A stretch of DNA of 64,000 nt from Leucoraja ocellata (GCA_036785375.1 JAWMAR010000447.1:558001-622000); one strand, 5' to 3'; counted from the stretch's first letter, positions 1-13,551 are shown. Notes: generated by a model not told the origin, from the letters alone. Numbers and translations: made by a program.

Positions 1-9
1 AGCAAACTT

Positions 10-15
10 TTTATT
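10..15 (-). terminator. TCF21 polyadenylation signal AATAAA (3' UTR about 1-383)
   Basis: Plus-strand tttatt at 10-15, about 370 nt downstream of the stop codon. Confidence 0.75.
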
Positions 16-383
16 TACAACATTTCCAAAGACCTGCGGATAAAGAAAATATATATATATATATACATATATTTAATGTTATGCTTCCTTACACAGCATG
101 TGACTATCAAAGTCAGCTCTGAAATTTAACGTACCTATAATGTCTTTCGGGACAATATTAAAGTCTGATCACTGTTATTAATGAAGACGTAAAAGATCCC
201 TTTCGTACTCTGACCAGCAAAGTAATGGGACGATATCGACGCGCTGAGTGGAGGAACATTGGCCAGTCAGTGGTGGTGCCGGGCTGCAGAAATGTGTCCA
301 CGGTTCCTTCCTCGGTTACTTTCTCTGTGGCTTTTGGATTTTCCTCCGAAATTATGCGAACTGTTCCTTTATATGTATTTTAG

Positions 384-473
384 TCATGAGGCTGTAGTCT
401 CGCACAGGCGACCAGTATTCGCAATCTCTTTGAGCTCACTCTCCGGCTTTCCCGCGACCATAAACGGCCATGT
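384..473 (-). CDS. TCF21: TCF21 coding exon 2 (29 aa plus stop)
   Basis: Acceptor ttccatttcag|ACA. Translates [32 protein letters not shown], the TCF21-type C-terminus (MSC has TWPFVVSGRP). Too short for the ORF track. Confidence 0.96.
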   Translation of the reverse strand, partial: TWPFMVAGKPESELKEIANTGRLCETTAS

Positions 474-626
474 CTGAAATGGAAGAGGAAATGTTGATGA
501 GTGATTGTTCTCATTGAAACAGAAATCAAGTCGAATTTTAGTTTAATTTACTGTCGTGTGTATCGAGGTACAGTGAAAATCATGCGTTGCGTGCTAACCA
601 GTCACTGGAAGGACAATATATGATAA

Positions 627-870
627 AAACATAGAAACATAGAAAATAAGTGCAGGAGTAGGCCATTCGGCCCTTCGAGCCAGCACCGCCATTCTATATG
701 ATCATGGCTGATCAGCCAAAATCAGTACCCCGTTCCTGCTTTTTTCCCCATACCCCTTGATGCCGTTAGTCATAAGAGCTATATCTAACTCTCTCTTGAA
801 AACATCCAGCGAATTGGCCTCCACTGCCTTCTGTGGCAGATAATTCCACAGATTCACAACTCTCTGGGTG
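627..870 (-). mobile_element. CR1/HER1-type LINE 3' end, inserted into a Rex/Babar-type 3' tail in the TCF21 intron
   Basis: (aaacatag)n tail plus ggccattcggcccttcgagcc, matching the 3' end of the RT-coding copy at 53892-56131. Host tail fragments lie at ~537-626 and ~871-950. Confidence 0.85.
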
Positions 871-1189
871 AATCGAGCCGTTTACAGTGTACGAGATAAC
901 GAGAATAACGTGAATATCGTTTAGTACAGGTTTTAAGTCCAGTAAAGTCCAATGTCAGCGTGTTTATTGTCGATGTAATTCTGCTATTTCTATATCACAC
1001 CATCGCTTCCCTCGGTAGGCCAGATAGCTTTGAAACAAACAGAACTAACTATTTTTATTGGGGGGATGATAAGTTAATGAAAGTCTGAGAATTCTGATGT
1101 CACTATTGGCTATAGCCATGATTTTTAAACGCATTTAAAATAACACAATTCCCCTTGCTCAAAATGTCACCAGTCACTATTATCGGCCA

Positions 1190-1450
1190 TGCATGCAGTC
1201 GTGCAGTGTGGAAACGGGCCCTTCAGCCCAACTTGCCCACACCGACCAACTTGTCCCATCTACACTAGTTCCACCTGCCTGCGTTTGGCCCATGTCCCTC
1301 CAAACCTGTCCTATCCATGTATCTGTCTAAATGTTTCTGAACCGTTGCGATGGTCCCAGCCTCATCTACCCCAACTACTGGCAGCTCGTTCCATACATCC
1401 ACCATTCTTTGGGTGGAAAAAAGTTATCCCTTAGATTCCTATTAAATCTT
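1190..1450 (-). mobile_element. CR1-type LINE 3' end (second subfamily)
   Basis: gtggaaacgggcccttcagccc...ttcctattaaatcttt, shared with the RT-bearing copy at 24870-25770. Confidence 0.75.
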
Positions 1451-1460
1451 TGCGATGAGA

Positions 1461-1666
1461 GCGCAACAAACAGCTAATAATGGCCTGTTTCCTTTATCAT
1501 CGTTGCGTTTTTGCATATCTTTCATTCATTGTTCTTTGTCTCTCTACATCATCGTCTATATCTCTCGCTTCCCTTTTCCCTGACTAGTCTGAAGAAGGGT
1601 CTCGACCATTCCTTCTCTCCAGAGATGCTGCCTGTTCCGCTGAGTTACTCCAGCTTTTTGTGTCTA
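1461..1666 (+). mobile_element. Penelope-like element terminal fragment
   Basis: ctgaagaagggtctcgacc...ccagagatgctgcc...gctgagttactccagc, flanked by the near-TSD tctttgc(g/a)atgaga. Confidence 0.6.
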
Positions 1667-3949
1667 TCTTTGCAATGAGAAATACATATCCAAATATAGG
1701 TCCATTCTATTTGTGTGGATTTCATTTTCAGGCTATCCTTTTTGCACGAAAAAATAAATGGACATGAACTTTCAGAAATAATTGTGTGTAAATCATTTGG
1801 CAGACAACAACTACACTCAATATATCAAAACCGGCCACGTTTAAATTCTCTGTTATTTCCATGGATCTCGTGGGTAAATTTCCAACATTTTTGAAAGAGT
1901 CAGATTTTCTGAAAGAATCAGAAAGTATCTGATCTATTTTCGATGTTATTAAAAATAAGTTTAACGCTGTCGCAAACCAATTGAAAACGCCACGAATTTC
2001 AATCCTCAACTCAATAAAATGGTGTTTTAAAATATTAGAATGCACTACGCACAATTAGTTAAGATATTTCAAATGGAAATATGTTCGAATTTAATTCCTT
2101 GGCGAGAATAGTTATTCAAGGGAAATTTATGAAATACACCAATCTTGATGTGTGCCCCACCTATCAACTATAATGCTTTCTAACATTAAAATTAAAACTA
2201 TATAGTACTAATAATCAAAAATCAGTGATAACTTTAGCAGCAACTTTTAAATATAGACTTATTCTATATGTGTATAATGCGTATAATTTTCGCAGAGATT
2301 TGCAGCATTTTCTCTTTTGATTTTTTTCCCTCGTTCAATATGAAAGTGTTCAAACTATTTTACCAGATTTTGTTATTATTTTGAAGATGGTTTGCCTCTT
2401 GTGGCGTTAGAAACCGAGAATATACAGTTTCTTCAAGTAAGCAGTTGTTTAAAGGGATTATTATTACTTTCACACATATGCACCCTTTGTTCTTAATAAG
2501 TGAAAGCAAAGAAAATAAGTAAAATAGATTTGCGAAATATCAAACTGGCTTTTTTTCTGAGCTCAGTTTCCTAAATAATTCAGTAAGTTTTACAAGATCG
2601 CCACTTAGTTTTTTTTATCCACTGACCACTTGGTAAATCAGCAAAAGGTGAAAATACTGTACCGAAGCGATATGGCGAGTTAAATACAATTGTTTAATTA
2701 GGATATAAAGTAAAATAATGGAGTTTCAGGACGAGAGAGATTCAAAGAATTATAGTTGCACCCTGCGAGCTTTAATATTAATTGCATCTCCTCAACGGCA
2801 TTTAATTAAAATGATTTACGACTAACCAGCAAATAAGATTTTTTTGAACACACTACATTTTACATGGAGCTATCGGGTTAGGCGTTTGTATGGTGGAGTT
2901 GGAGTTTAACCTGGGTTTCTGCGCCTATTCAATGAGACAACTCCGTATTTTATTTTCTACTCCAGCAATAAACAGTTTTTTTAATCCCCCCCTCCTCCCC
3001 TCCCCAGATTGGCAAAGTTTTCCTTTGCCTTCACGTATGAAACAAAGGGTATTCGCTTACCTCAAGTTTAAGATTCTAACTTTCGATAGATGCATTCAGA
3101 GATTATTTTTTTTAACTGATCTCAACATTTTTTCAATAAATTCTTACTCGTAAAAGGAAGCGGGCGTTTTGATTCGGTGGATTATTATTTCAGAGTTGTC
3201 CGTTAAAAAGGTTCAAGCGCGGCGCGCTTATCTGTGACCATCGGGGCAGTTTTATAAACACAAAACTGCTTGTTGATCTGATCACACGGGACTGATTTAT
3301 TGATAAAGGGCTCTGCGAGTTGATTCGCGTACAATCGTAAGTTCAGCAACGCCGTTCGTATAGAGCACACACAAACACAAACAAACATTAGCAAACCCGC
3401 AGTCATTCACATCATCACTTTTATTTACACACAGAAATGCATCCACGCAGACTTACACAAATATATAAAATCATTCATTCAATGGCACATTCACACCCAC
3501 ACACACAAATTCTCAAATATACACGGAAGCGTACAAGCACACACATGCTGTTAACTTGAGCAAAACAAAATGCTGGAAGAACTCAGCGGGCCAGAGAGCA
3601 TGTGAGACGAACGGGTCGGGACCCTTCTTCAGACATTATTTGTTATTTCACACGCGTACAAATAATAGAATACTTACAAGTTTGCAAACTTTCACAGCCT
3701 CGCCCGTGCATACATGTGTCGAATCCAATTCGCAAACCCACGTACATACAAAATTCAACAGTCAAACTCACGCACGCGCAAAATACAACCCTCCACTAAA
3801 GCACTATTGAAGACAGACAGATATTGCTGAAGTAACTCAGCGGGACAAACAGCATCTCTGGAGCGAAGGGAAACATAGACATGCGCGCGTGTACGGCATT
3901 TAAAACCACGCGAAAATATGTGCGTTCAAGCAAAAGTGAGTTTTGTTAC

Positions 3950-4411
3950 CAGGTTGACTGGATGAATGTAGCCGTTCTCGTACTTGTCATTGGCTAGGAT
4001 CTGTCTCAGGTGTGCGATGTAGCTGGACGCCAGCCGCAGGGTGTCGAGTTTGGACAGTTTGGTGTCTGGCGGGACCCAGGGCAGGGTGGTTTTGAGGCGG
4101 GAGAAGGCTTTGCTGAGTACCCTCATTCTGGCCCTCTCCCTGGCGTTAGCTGCGTTACGTTGAACCTGCTTCCCTTCCTGGGTCACTCCATTCAGAGGGG
4201 GCTTGTTGGAGCTCGCCTTGCGTCTCTTTCCCGAAGCTCCCCTGACCTTTTTTGGCGACTCGTGGTCGGTGTTGGAGCTGTCTTCGTTGCTGTCGTTGGA
4301 AGTGCAGAACTCCTTGCTGGATTTCCTCTTTAAAGCGTCGCATTCCTCCTCCGTGCCCAGCCCGTCCATTTCCTGGAGGTCTTCTGCATCGCTAACGGAC
4401 CCAGTGGACAT
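3950..4411 (-). CDS. TCF21: Transcription factor 21 (capsulin/Pod1/epicardin), coding exon 1 (154 codons) containing the bHLH domain
   Basis: ATG at 4411 gives [14 protein letters not shown]...[76 protein letters not shown], matching vertebrate TCF21 as I recall it. The exon ends in CTG|gtaaca (phase-0 donor). Confidence 0.97.
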
Positions 4412-4499
4412 GGTTATCGGCGCGATCTCCTGCAAATTGAGACTTAATGACCGAGAAGGCAGCGAGGAAGTTAGGAATGTGGCGCTCTTCAGCTGGGAT

Positions 4500-4620
4500 G
4501 AATTCCTTATACTCAGTTTGATTGAAGACCCTGCGATCTGGATGCGACATCCACAATTTATCTCGCTTCTCGGGAGGCGGGACCCAGGGTGAGAGAGGCG
4601 GGGCCGGTAGCTTTTGACAA
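4500..4620 (-). promoter_or_regulatory. TCF21 proximal promoter/5' UTR, CpG-rich with GC boxes
   Basis: GC-box-like gggaggcgggac (~4572) and aggcggggcc (~4597); TATA-like gataaat on the minus strand (~4557-4563). CpG density is high from ~3850 to 4620. Confidence 0.55.
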
Positions 4621-5724
4621 GCACTGATTCTCAGTCAGAATAATGTCCATGAAACTTTACAGAACCGCAATTTCTTTTTGCGGTTAGTCTATAAAACAAA
4701 AAACCGGAAAATATTTAGCAATTGCATCTAGATTCTGTGATATTTATAGATAACTAGTTTTTTTGGTGTAGTTCAAATTCATAAGTACATAATTTCTAGG
4801 ACAAGATGTATGCCATTCGGCCCATTAAATACACTCGGCAATTCAATCTTGGCTGACATATCTTTCCATCTCAACCGCATTCGCCTGCCGTCGTCCCATA
4901 ACCCCCGACACCCTCTATACAAGATAACTGTGTTAATGGGAATTCCCAGTAAGACAACATGTCACCATAAAATGTGATTATTGATTGGCAATTTTCATTA
5001 AAATTCCAATTAATTGGCATATTTTATGGTGATACTTTTTGGAAATAGACTGTCGTCTTTTAAAGAAAGGTCCACCCGAATAGGGTGATATTTTGGACTA
5101 GTTCTACATAACTAGACGGCATGTTAACATACCCGGGTAAGATGAATTGAAATTATATATTTTTTAAGTACACAAAAACACGGACGAAATGGTTAGTAAA
5201 CAATTGGCGTTTATAGATTTTGGCTTCGACATTTTCAACATCACAATAGTGACTTTAAATTCAAAAATCTCCATTGACTTTAAAGTGCTTAAGGAAAACT
5301 TGAGTGCACGAAAGGCCCCAATTAAATCAACCCCCTTCCCCGCAACCTGTCTCTCAACCCACCGAGGATTAGAAAGGTCCATAGTGTTTCAGAAAACAGC
5401 TTCACAATATTCCGAAACATTGTGCAAAGTTTGGGATAATATTTTGTTTGTTTGGAGGAATTCGGCCGTGGAACCGAAATCGATCCACATAATATATCGC
5501 CAGTTTGTAAAATAAAAAGGTCTATACATGGTTGTTCTTTGGTTAAAAAAAACCCCAGGCTTTTCTTGGGAAACCGCCATTCGGTCTAGCGGGGATAGAA
5601 AACGTTTATTTATCGAGTGAGCTATTTCCATTTTGTTTTCCATCCTGATTATTCATTGAGCAACAGATTTTGTTGATCCAAATCGTCTGAAATAAATGTT
5701 TCAACAATAAAGGAAATAGTTTGG

Positions 5725-6012
5725 CGACAAGAAGAGACTGCAGATGCTGGAATCTTGAGAAAAAAAATCTAAGTGCTGGAGGATAGACACACAATGCTGG
5801 AGTAACTCAACTGGTCAGGCAGCATCTCTGGAGAGAAGGAAGGAACAGGTGACGTTTCAGATCGAGACCCTTCTTCAGACTGAGGGTCAGGGGAGAGGGA
5901 AACCAGTGGTGTGGAAAGGTACAGTGTAAAGTGTGGGAGCTCAGTGGATCAGGCAGGTTAGTGCAGGGAATGGACAAAACGACGTTTCGGGTCGGGACCC
6001 TTCTTCAGACTG
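5725..6012 (-). mobile_element. Tandem Penelope-like terminal fragments with hammerhead-like cores (5851-5878, 5981-6008)
   Basis: The reverse complement of 5981-6008 reads CTGAAGAAGGGTCCCGACCCGAAACGTC. Confidence 0.65.
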
Positions 6013-7087
6013 ATCAGGAAATGGAACCGCGGCTAACTCTCACATCTCAACTTCAAACTCCTTCCTAACCTCTGACAACTGCGACCTACACACGGAAACG
6101 TGGGAGATCCAAAAGACAACTGCACCTTGCTCTGATTCTTCCAAGATAATATCATGAGCCATGAAAATAATCTATTTTTTTAGGAGGCGGCATAAAACTA
6201 TCGGCCATGAATGAATTCATCCTCCCCACCTCCTTCGCTTACTTGCAATCATCGCCGTCCTTTCTGATCTTTTTAATTTAACTCGGAGGTTCTTTCGTAT
6301 GTTGCCACTAGCGGAGGTGTTGCGGTTTAGCGCGCAGTGAAGCTCACGCCAGCACCACTGGTTTACAGAATGTAAAACAAGGAGGCAGTAAATTCTGAAA
6401 GTGTAAAGGCGGCCGTGCTAGATTTATGAAGCTTGCGTCTCACTCTTCTTGGGCTTGTTTGTGCAGGTGGAGGGAGAAATGATTGCCCGCAGATAAGATT
6501 TATGATGAAAATGATGGGTTTCGTAAACGAATAAAATAAGGAGAGATTAATGGCTCCATCGTCAGCTTAGACCCACTCGGACCAAAGCAGTCAAACTTGA
6601 GAACAGGAAAGAGAGATGATTTTGAGATGCAATCAGGAGAAAGTACCGCGAAAAGATGCCTAGAGGTGAACTTTCCGGAATAATCATTATACTGCTCGAA
6701 GGTTTCATACCCGATTGGATATTCCTTGGATTAATTACAGGACATTATTTTGTTTATTTTTTTAAATAATTAGCTTTAATTTACACATTTTAATCTACAC
6801 GGCTTTTCAAATTTGTCATAAAACATTACTACTATTAATGCGTTGACGAGTTATTCAGTTGCGATACAGATGTCGTTCAAACGTTTCTAACGGGGTCGCT
6901 AAGAAAGCCAGCCAGTTTCCTCCGCCACCCATTCGAATCTCCCCTACTTTACAGGGCACCAGCGTTTAATATTAGTTCCTTGAGTCAAAAGTGTTTTATT
7001 GTCATGTGTCCCAGATAGATTTTTACTTGCAGCAGCACAACATATTATCTGTAAACAATATAATAAATGGGGGAAAGTACAGTGTGT

Positions 7088-7091
<4 letters not shown>

Positions 7092-7132
<41 letters not shown>

Positions 7133-7157
7133 TAGAGGGGGGGGGGGGGGGGGGGGG
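7092..7157. repeat. (CA)n microsatellite followed by a poly-G run
   Basis: Seen directly; explains the low-complexity ORFs at 6944-7330. Confidence 0.95.
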
Positions 7158-8604
7158 CAGGGTGGAGAGGGAGAGGGAGATAAATCCCCTTGCGCAGAGT
7201 TGAAACCAGGATGAAAACTGTTGCCCAGTTCGCAACCATTTAATACAATTGAATAACGCAGGTGTTTGGATGGGGAAAAGAGGCCATGTCTCCTAAAATT
7301 GTTATTTTCAGCTGTATTCTGCCATTCCACTAATCCTTGCTAACAGAACAGGCAATGAGATTGACTGGTCATCATGAGCCCGGGTTAGATAGGATTGCCA
7401 GTTTGAATTCTCTGTTTAATTCCTCGAGAACCTGTGGTTGAAAAGTGACAGTATTTGAAGAAGCCCGAAACGTTGCCTATTTCCTTCCGTCCGTAGATGC
7501 TGCCTCGCCCGCTGAGTTTCTCCAGCATTTTTGTCCAGCTGCAAAGTGGCGGATGGATTACCGTTTGGTTGGAAATGATACGGAATTAAAAGACCCAGCC
7601 CGTGCTAATATTGAGGATGTCTCCAATTTGAGGCCTGGAGCATTTCTGTTGGGCGAATGAGCGACCTGTTCTCGAACTTGAGCAGCAACGTGTCCAGCTC
7701 TGGAAAGCGCCACAGAAGGCAGCGCTTAAGTACTTTGTGAGTTTAAATCCTCACTGTGACCTAAACCCCGACTGCTCCATTACTGCACATTGTGCGAGTT
7801 AGTGACCTTCAAACCCAGACCCCCCGCGCTATATAACTAAAACAAACGTTTCCTTCAGCCCATTCAGTTGTTTCTTGGACGAATGAAATGAATCCGGTAT
7901 TATTTGCTGTTAATATATCTATATTGACCTATCTTGTTCATTTAATTCTGTTCAATTATGTTATCCCCTATAATCTGTTGCGCTCCCGTATTGTTTAAAT
8001 GGGTCTAAATAGCCTCATGTTACATTCCATTTGCTCCATGTTGCAATCTTTCCCCATTCATCCCTTAATACTATTAAGTTAATAGTACGACAAAAGCATC
8101 CCAGATAAGTTTACAAGAAGATTCTGCAATTGTCAACTGTTACAGTTTGAAACAGAACAGATCTCGATTTCATTCCAATTGGTCTCAGCTTGAACCTCAC
8201 ATTGTCAGAAATACCAAGGCCGATTCACATTTATAGTAACCTCTGGAATGCATTAGAGCTGAAGATATGACTCGCCAACTTGATTTTATGAGCCTAAATT
8301 CCACTTTTAAATAGATTTAGACTCGAGAAGGCAGCCTCGCCACTCAGCCCATTAGGATGCATTAGAAGTGATGCACAGGACGTTCTAACTTATTGATCTT
8401 CACCAGCATGGATATGTGATATGACCCAGTCGCAGGGGGCTTAAAAAGCCACAAACAATCAATTTGCAACAATGTCGAGTTTCACAGCGGATAAGGAGTT
8501 GTCGGTACATTTCGAATAATTTGACGAGTTTTCGATCTCGTTTACATCACTCACCCGATCCATTGAGTTCATCGGGGAATTCAGTCACTACAAATACATG
8601 ATTG

Positions 8605-8775
8605 TATAGGAAGGAACTGCAGATGCTGGTTTACATCGATGATGGACAAAAATGATGGAGCATCAATGGGTCAGGCAGCATCTCTGGATACAATGAATAC
8701 GTGACGTTTCGGGTCGAGACCCTTCTTCAGACTGTCAGGGGAGAGGGAAACCAGAGGTATGAAAAGGTACAAAAC
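8605..8775 (-). mobile_element. Penelope-like terminal fragment with an intact hammerhead-like core (8703-8730)
   Basis: The reverse complement reads CTGAAGAAGGGTCTCGACCCGAAACGTC. Confidence 0.65.
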
Positions 8776-9104
8776 AAATCATAGCCTTGACACGGGTACT
8801 TGCTCAACCTTTCAACTCGGGGATGATGCAGTGTAATTCTACAAGGAATGAAGACAATTTATGATTACTGGTCAACTAATATGGATTCATATAATTAGTT
8901 TACACCGAAGATAGATAAATAATGCTGGAGTAACACAGCGGTTCAGGCAGCATCTCTGGAGAAAATGGACGATTCGGGTCGAGGCCAGACTACAGAATGG
9001 TTGTCTGGCTGTTTGCGTCTCCAATGCTCCCAAGGGACAACGTGGAAGAGACAACGTGGAAGCGCCTGTTCGGTCCACATAGCAGTGCGTGATATGACTG
9101 AGAT

Positions 9105-9370
9105 GAGGACTACGTTTTCACCCAGAGAGTTGTGAATCTGTGGAATTCTCTGCCACAGAAGGCAGTGGAGGCCAATTTGCTGGATGTTATCAAGCGAGAG
9201 TTTAAACAAGATTTAGCTCTTAGGGCTAACGGAATCAAGGGATATGGGGGGGGAAGCAGGAACGGGGTACTAATTTTGGATGATCAACCATGGTCATATT
9301 GAATGGCACTGCTGGCTCGAAGGGCCGAATGGCCCACTCCTGCACCTCTTTTCTATGTCTATGTTTCTAA
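9105..9370 (+). mobile_element. CR1/HER1-type LINE 3' end
   Basis: cagagagttgtgaatctgtggaattctctgcc (QRVVNLWNSLP) plus the ttctatgt tail. Confidence 0.85.
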
Positions 9371-11559
9371 AACATCACGGAAAACCAGGCTTTGGTTGGC
9401 AGTTGCGGTGATTCTTGGCGCAATGGGCTGGTACCTACTCTGCAGAGGGCGTAGAACGGGCACTAGGCACGGTGGGCACAGAAGTAAAACATCCTTGACC
9501 TTCTTTGCCTCAAATTCTGCCAGCGTGGCTCACAATCCGACCGCATGACATTAAGTGTGTAGGAAGGAACTGCAGATGCTTGTTTTATACCGAACATAGA
9601 CACAACTCAGTGGGCCAAGCAGCATCTCCAAAGGAAAGGGATGGGTGGCGTTTTGGGTCGGAATCCTTCTTTAATTCTTTAATTCTTTAGGTAACACCCC
9701 CCCCCCTCCTCCTTTATCACTTCCCTCTCTCTTCTTTCCTAACCCTTCCTTATACATCCCCTCCTTGACTTCTTCCTCTTTTCTCATCTAACACCCTTAA
9801 ATCTCATCATCTCCTTGTTGTTCCACGTTATCCCCCGTTTGTCTTCTTTTCATCTCTCGCCCTATAGCACCCATATGTCACCCCCCCCCCCCCGCCCCCC
9901 CCCCCCCCCCCCCCCCCGCCCCCGTCACCTATGACTAGGCAGGTTATTGTCCCACCCCACCCCTTTTCCAGATCCCCCCCCCCCACCCCACCCCAGTACA
10001 ATCAGTCTGAAGAAGGGTTGTGACCTAAAATGTTTTCTATCCATGTCCATCAGAAATGTGGCCTAGTCCACTGAGTTACCCCAGCACTGTGTTCTGAGTA
10101 AGATTGCAGCATCCGCAGTTCCTTGTGTTCAGTTTAGTTTAGTTTATTGTCACGTGCACTGAGGTACAGTGGAACGCTTTTATTGCCTGCTAACCAGTCA
10201 GCGGAAAGCCAACACATGATTACAATCAAGCCATTCACAGTGTATATATACATGATAAGGGAATAACATTTAGTACAAAGTAAAGCCAGTAATGTCCGAT
10301 CAAAGATAGTCCAATGGTCATGAATGAGGTAGACAGTAGTTCAGGACCACTCTCTAGCTGCGGTAGAATGGTTCAGTTGCCTGATAACAGCTGAATCATG
10401 AACAGCTAAATTGTGTCTCCAGTCTGCCAAACATTACCCTGATACAATAATATGTCTTATTGGTGCAGTCCTGAAAATGCCCTTCATTATGCCTGTTTTA
10501 TTCAAATGAAATGACATGGGCCCAATTTCAATGGCAACATACCATGATGTTTTAGAAGCACAATGTTTGTTGCATATCCTCAGCTAAAAAAGTCTCAGCC
10601 TTCCAAGCAAAGTCATCAGAATTTCAACCACAGAACAGTATTGCACAATCAACGGCATATTGCATGGAATGATTTTCATAAATTCTATGTCATATATGTG
10701 ATCCATGTGCCATGGCATCCTTTTTGTTGAAAAACGTTTCCTTTGAAATATCCTCTTCAGATTATCCCAGTTTTTATTAAGTAAACTCCAATAAAGATGT
10801 CAAAATCAGCACCATCTAGACAAGAATATTCAATCATAAGGCAAGAATGCCGCTTCTATTACTGTGGAAGTTGGAAATTGTCTAAATATTACAAGCTGTG
10901 TTATCAGGAGAAACAATCATACTCCGTTGCCCAAATGAACACATCACGCAACAGCTGGTAATTACATTGGACAGTCAAACTCCAGAGCAAATGTATCATT
11001 CAATGGTTTTAGCCTAATTGTTTGGGATCACTACATCTTAAAAATTGAACAGTTTTCCTCAGGGAAAAGATAAAGTGGCATTAGAGAGGGTAAATCACCT
11101 ATATGGACATAAACAAAATGAAAGTAGATTGTATGGATTGCTAGCTAGAAACATAGATTCTAGAAATATAAATATAGAGATAGAGAATATACATTATCTT
11201 ATCTACGTGGTACTTCATGACCATTGCCATGAAAGAAAGAACTGCATTTTTCAAGTGCCCTTTTTTATTACAACCCAGACCAAATAAAGTTCTTTCAAAG
11301 TGCAGTCAATTTATGTAATGGCTGTCTGGCAATTAAACAACACATGGAAACAAAGAACCAAAGATGTTGGTTTATAACAAAGATAGATACAAAGTGCTGG
11401 AGTAACTCAGCGGGCCAGGCTTGCATCTCTGGTGAAAAGGTGTGGGTGATGTTTCAGGTTGGGTCTTCTTCGGTCTAAAGGTCGCCCAGATACACCAGAA
11501 GAATCATGGGTGAGATTACCACCCTTCCTAGTCACAGAACATTAAGGCATGTACCAGAA

Positions 11560-11880
11560 CAAGTCCAGAATCCGGGGCCACAGTTTAAGAATAAGGTGTA
11601 AGCCATTGAGAACGGAGATGAGGAAACACTTTTTCACACAAAGGGTTGTGAATTTGTGGAATTCTCTGCCTCAGAAGGCAGTGGAGGACAATTCTCTGGA
11701 TGCTTTCAAGAGAGAGTTGGATAGAGCTCTTAAAGATAGTGGAGTTAAGGGTTATGGGGAGAAGGCAAGAACAGGGTACTGATTGTGGATGACCAGCCAT
11801 GTCCCAGTGAATGGCGGTGTTGGCTCAAAGGGCCAAATGGCCTACTCGCCTATTGCACCTATTGTCTATTGTCTATTGTA
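11560..11880 (+). mobile_element. CR1-type LINE 3' end
   Basis: ORF RGHSLRI...FFTQRVVNLWNSLP...GYG, then a (ctattgt)n tail. Confidence 0.85.
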
Positions 11881-12619
11881 ACACATGATTATTCAGTTAA
11901 CTTCAGGCTAGAAATTTTACTCAAAACAAAACAGTTCTTTCAAAAAAATATTGCATTGACAAGCAAACAGCGCAGCAAAACGTTCGCATATTTTCATTAA
12001 TTTATTTAAAAACATATTTCTCTACAAATAAATCCAACGCAGTCATTCCCTGTTTCATTGTAAACACTTCTTAGAAATTACAATCGATGTAAGTGGAAGC
12101 TGATACAAGGAACTGCAGGTGCTGGTTTACAAAAAATGTTACAAAGTGCTGGGGTAACTCAGCGGATCAGGCAGCATCTCTGGAGAACATGGATATACAG
12201 TGTGACTATTCGGGATGAGACCCTTTTTCAGACTCTTTGGGAAGCTGATTATTTTTCTGCACAGTCCCTTTCTAGATTCCATTATACTATATTTACTAGC
12301 TTGCACTTTGCTTGGATTGAAAGGTACGGTAAGGATGAAACATTCTAATGCAGCCTGATTGTCATGCATACAGTAGCCAAGGAACAAAGATCCAGGCACA
12401 TAATGCAAAGAAACTCCCAAAGGAAGTTGATCATCCCTGGAAAGTTAAAGGTGGAGTGGATCTGAGAGGTCAGTGATTTTTTGAATAAACTTCTTCAAAT
12501 GATTTTGGGCAACAGATGACTTCTGGTTTGCGTTTTTATTTTCACTTCGTGATTCTGTAATCTTTTTCTTCAAAACCTACTCCTGTTAGAAAAGTGCATA
12601 TGGTCAGTGTGGGATCCTA

Positions 12620-12790
12620 ACTCTCCTGGACTCTCACCTTTCGGATCTGGGTTCAAATCCAGTACTAATGGGATGGTTGCTTTTGCTATCTATGCTTGCG
12701 ATGTAAGTGTGGGCAGTTTCATCCCAGTTTATAATGTGCTCTGGCCCTTAGGTCAGAACTGCCCCTCATTTGCTGCTAATTGCTAATCAC
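12620..12790 (+). mobile_element. Ancient LF-SINE-like relic
   Basis: tctcaccttt...ctgggttcaaatccag...cccagttt...gctaattgctaat is collinear with the copy at 44705-44885 and with the LF-SINE consensus as I recall it. Confidence 0.45.
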
Positions 12791-13551
12791 TCAGAGTGAC
12801 TAATATGAAAATATCATCTCATGCAGTTTAGAGTGATCCTCAGTGATAGGTTCAGGCACTTTGTTAGCAATTAGTTTGGGCAATTTTGCTCTGAACCAGA
12901 CCTCTTTATACCTGGCCTTGAAGTGCCTAATGTTGCCTAAAATGGAAACATGTTTATTTGCCAGCACTGGCATCCATCATCTTGAGGAGCGAACATTGAA
13001 AGGAAAGTGCATTCCCCCACATAAGCGAATACGTTTTGATCTAGCTCCACCACTCATGATGATATCTGATCTTTGTACATTTTCAAGTAATACTCACAAA
13101 CTTGCCAAGTTAATTAGAAATAAGACCCATTAATAATTTAATCTTCCACTGAATGTTTCATTTGTTTTGAGATCCATTTGTGACATGATACCATTATTTT
13201 AATTGTTGGGAGGGATTGTTATGGATATGAGTACACTTTAATTGAGCATTAACGACTGATTTATTAATGGCAAATGAATAAATAAAACTTATGCTATAAT
13301 TCTCTGCAGAACAGAACTACTGCTGCATTAATCTTTAGCTTGTCTTCAACTGATCTTTTTTTCCAATTTGCAGACAAAAAACATTAAAATGGCTGGTTTA
13401 TATTTAATGCTGAATTGCCTTTGAATCTGAAGGCCCAGATAAACTCACCTACCATAAAACAAAAATTCACCCCAATCAACAAAATGTACCTGGATCACTT
13501 TAAGCAATATGGCACATCACCACAGTTAAATGCTTCTGTTGATACATTCGC

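Noticed and set aside
3950-4411. Assignment to the paralogue MSC (musculin)
   Set aside because: The short N-terminus, [36 protein letters not shown] and [10 protein letters not shown] are TCF21-type.
4010-4592. Plus-strand ORFs of 107 and 129 aa
   Set aside because: Antisense shadows of the GC-rich TCF21 exon.
4412-4624. 71-aa N-terminal extension of the TCF21 ORF in the ORF track
   Set aside because: It begins at a non-ATG codon and covers promoter/5' UTR. Homology starts at MSTGS (4411). The ORF's final VTKLTFA is intron read-through.
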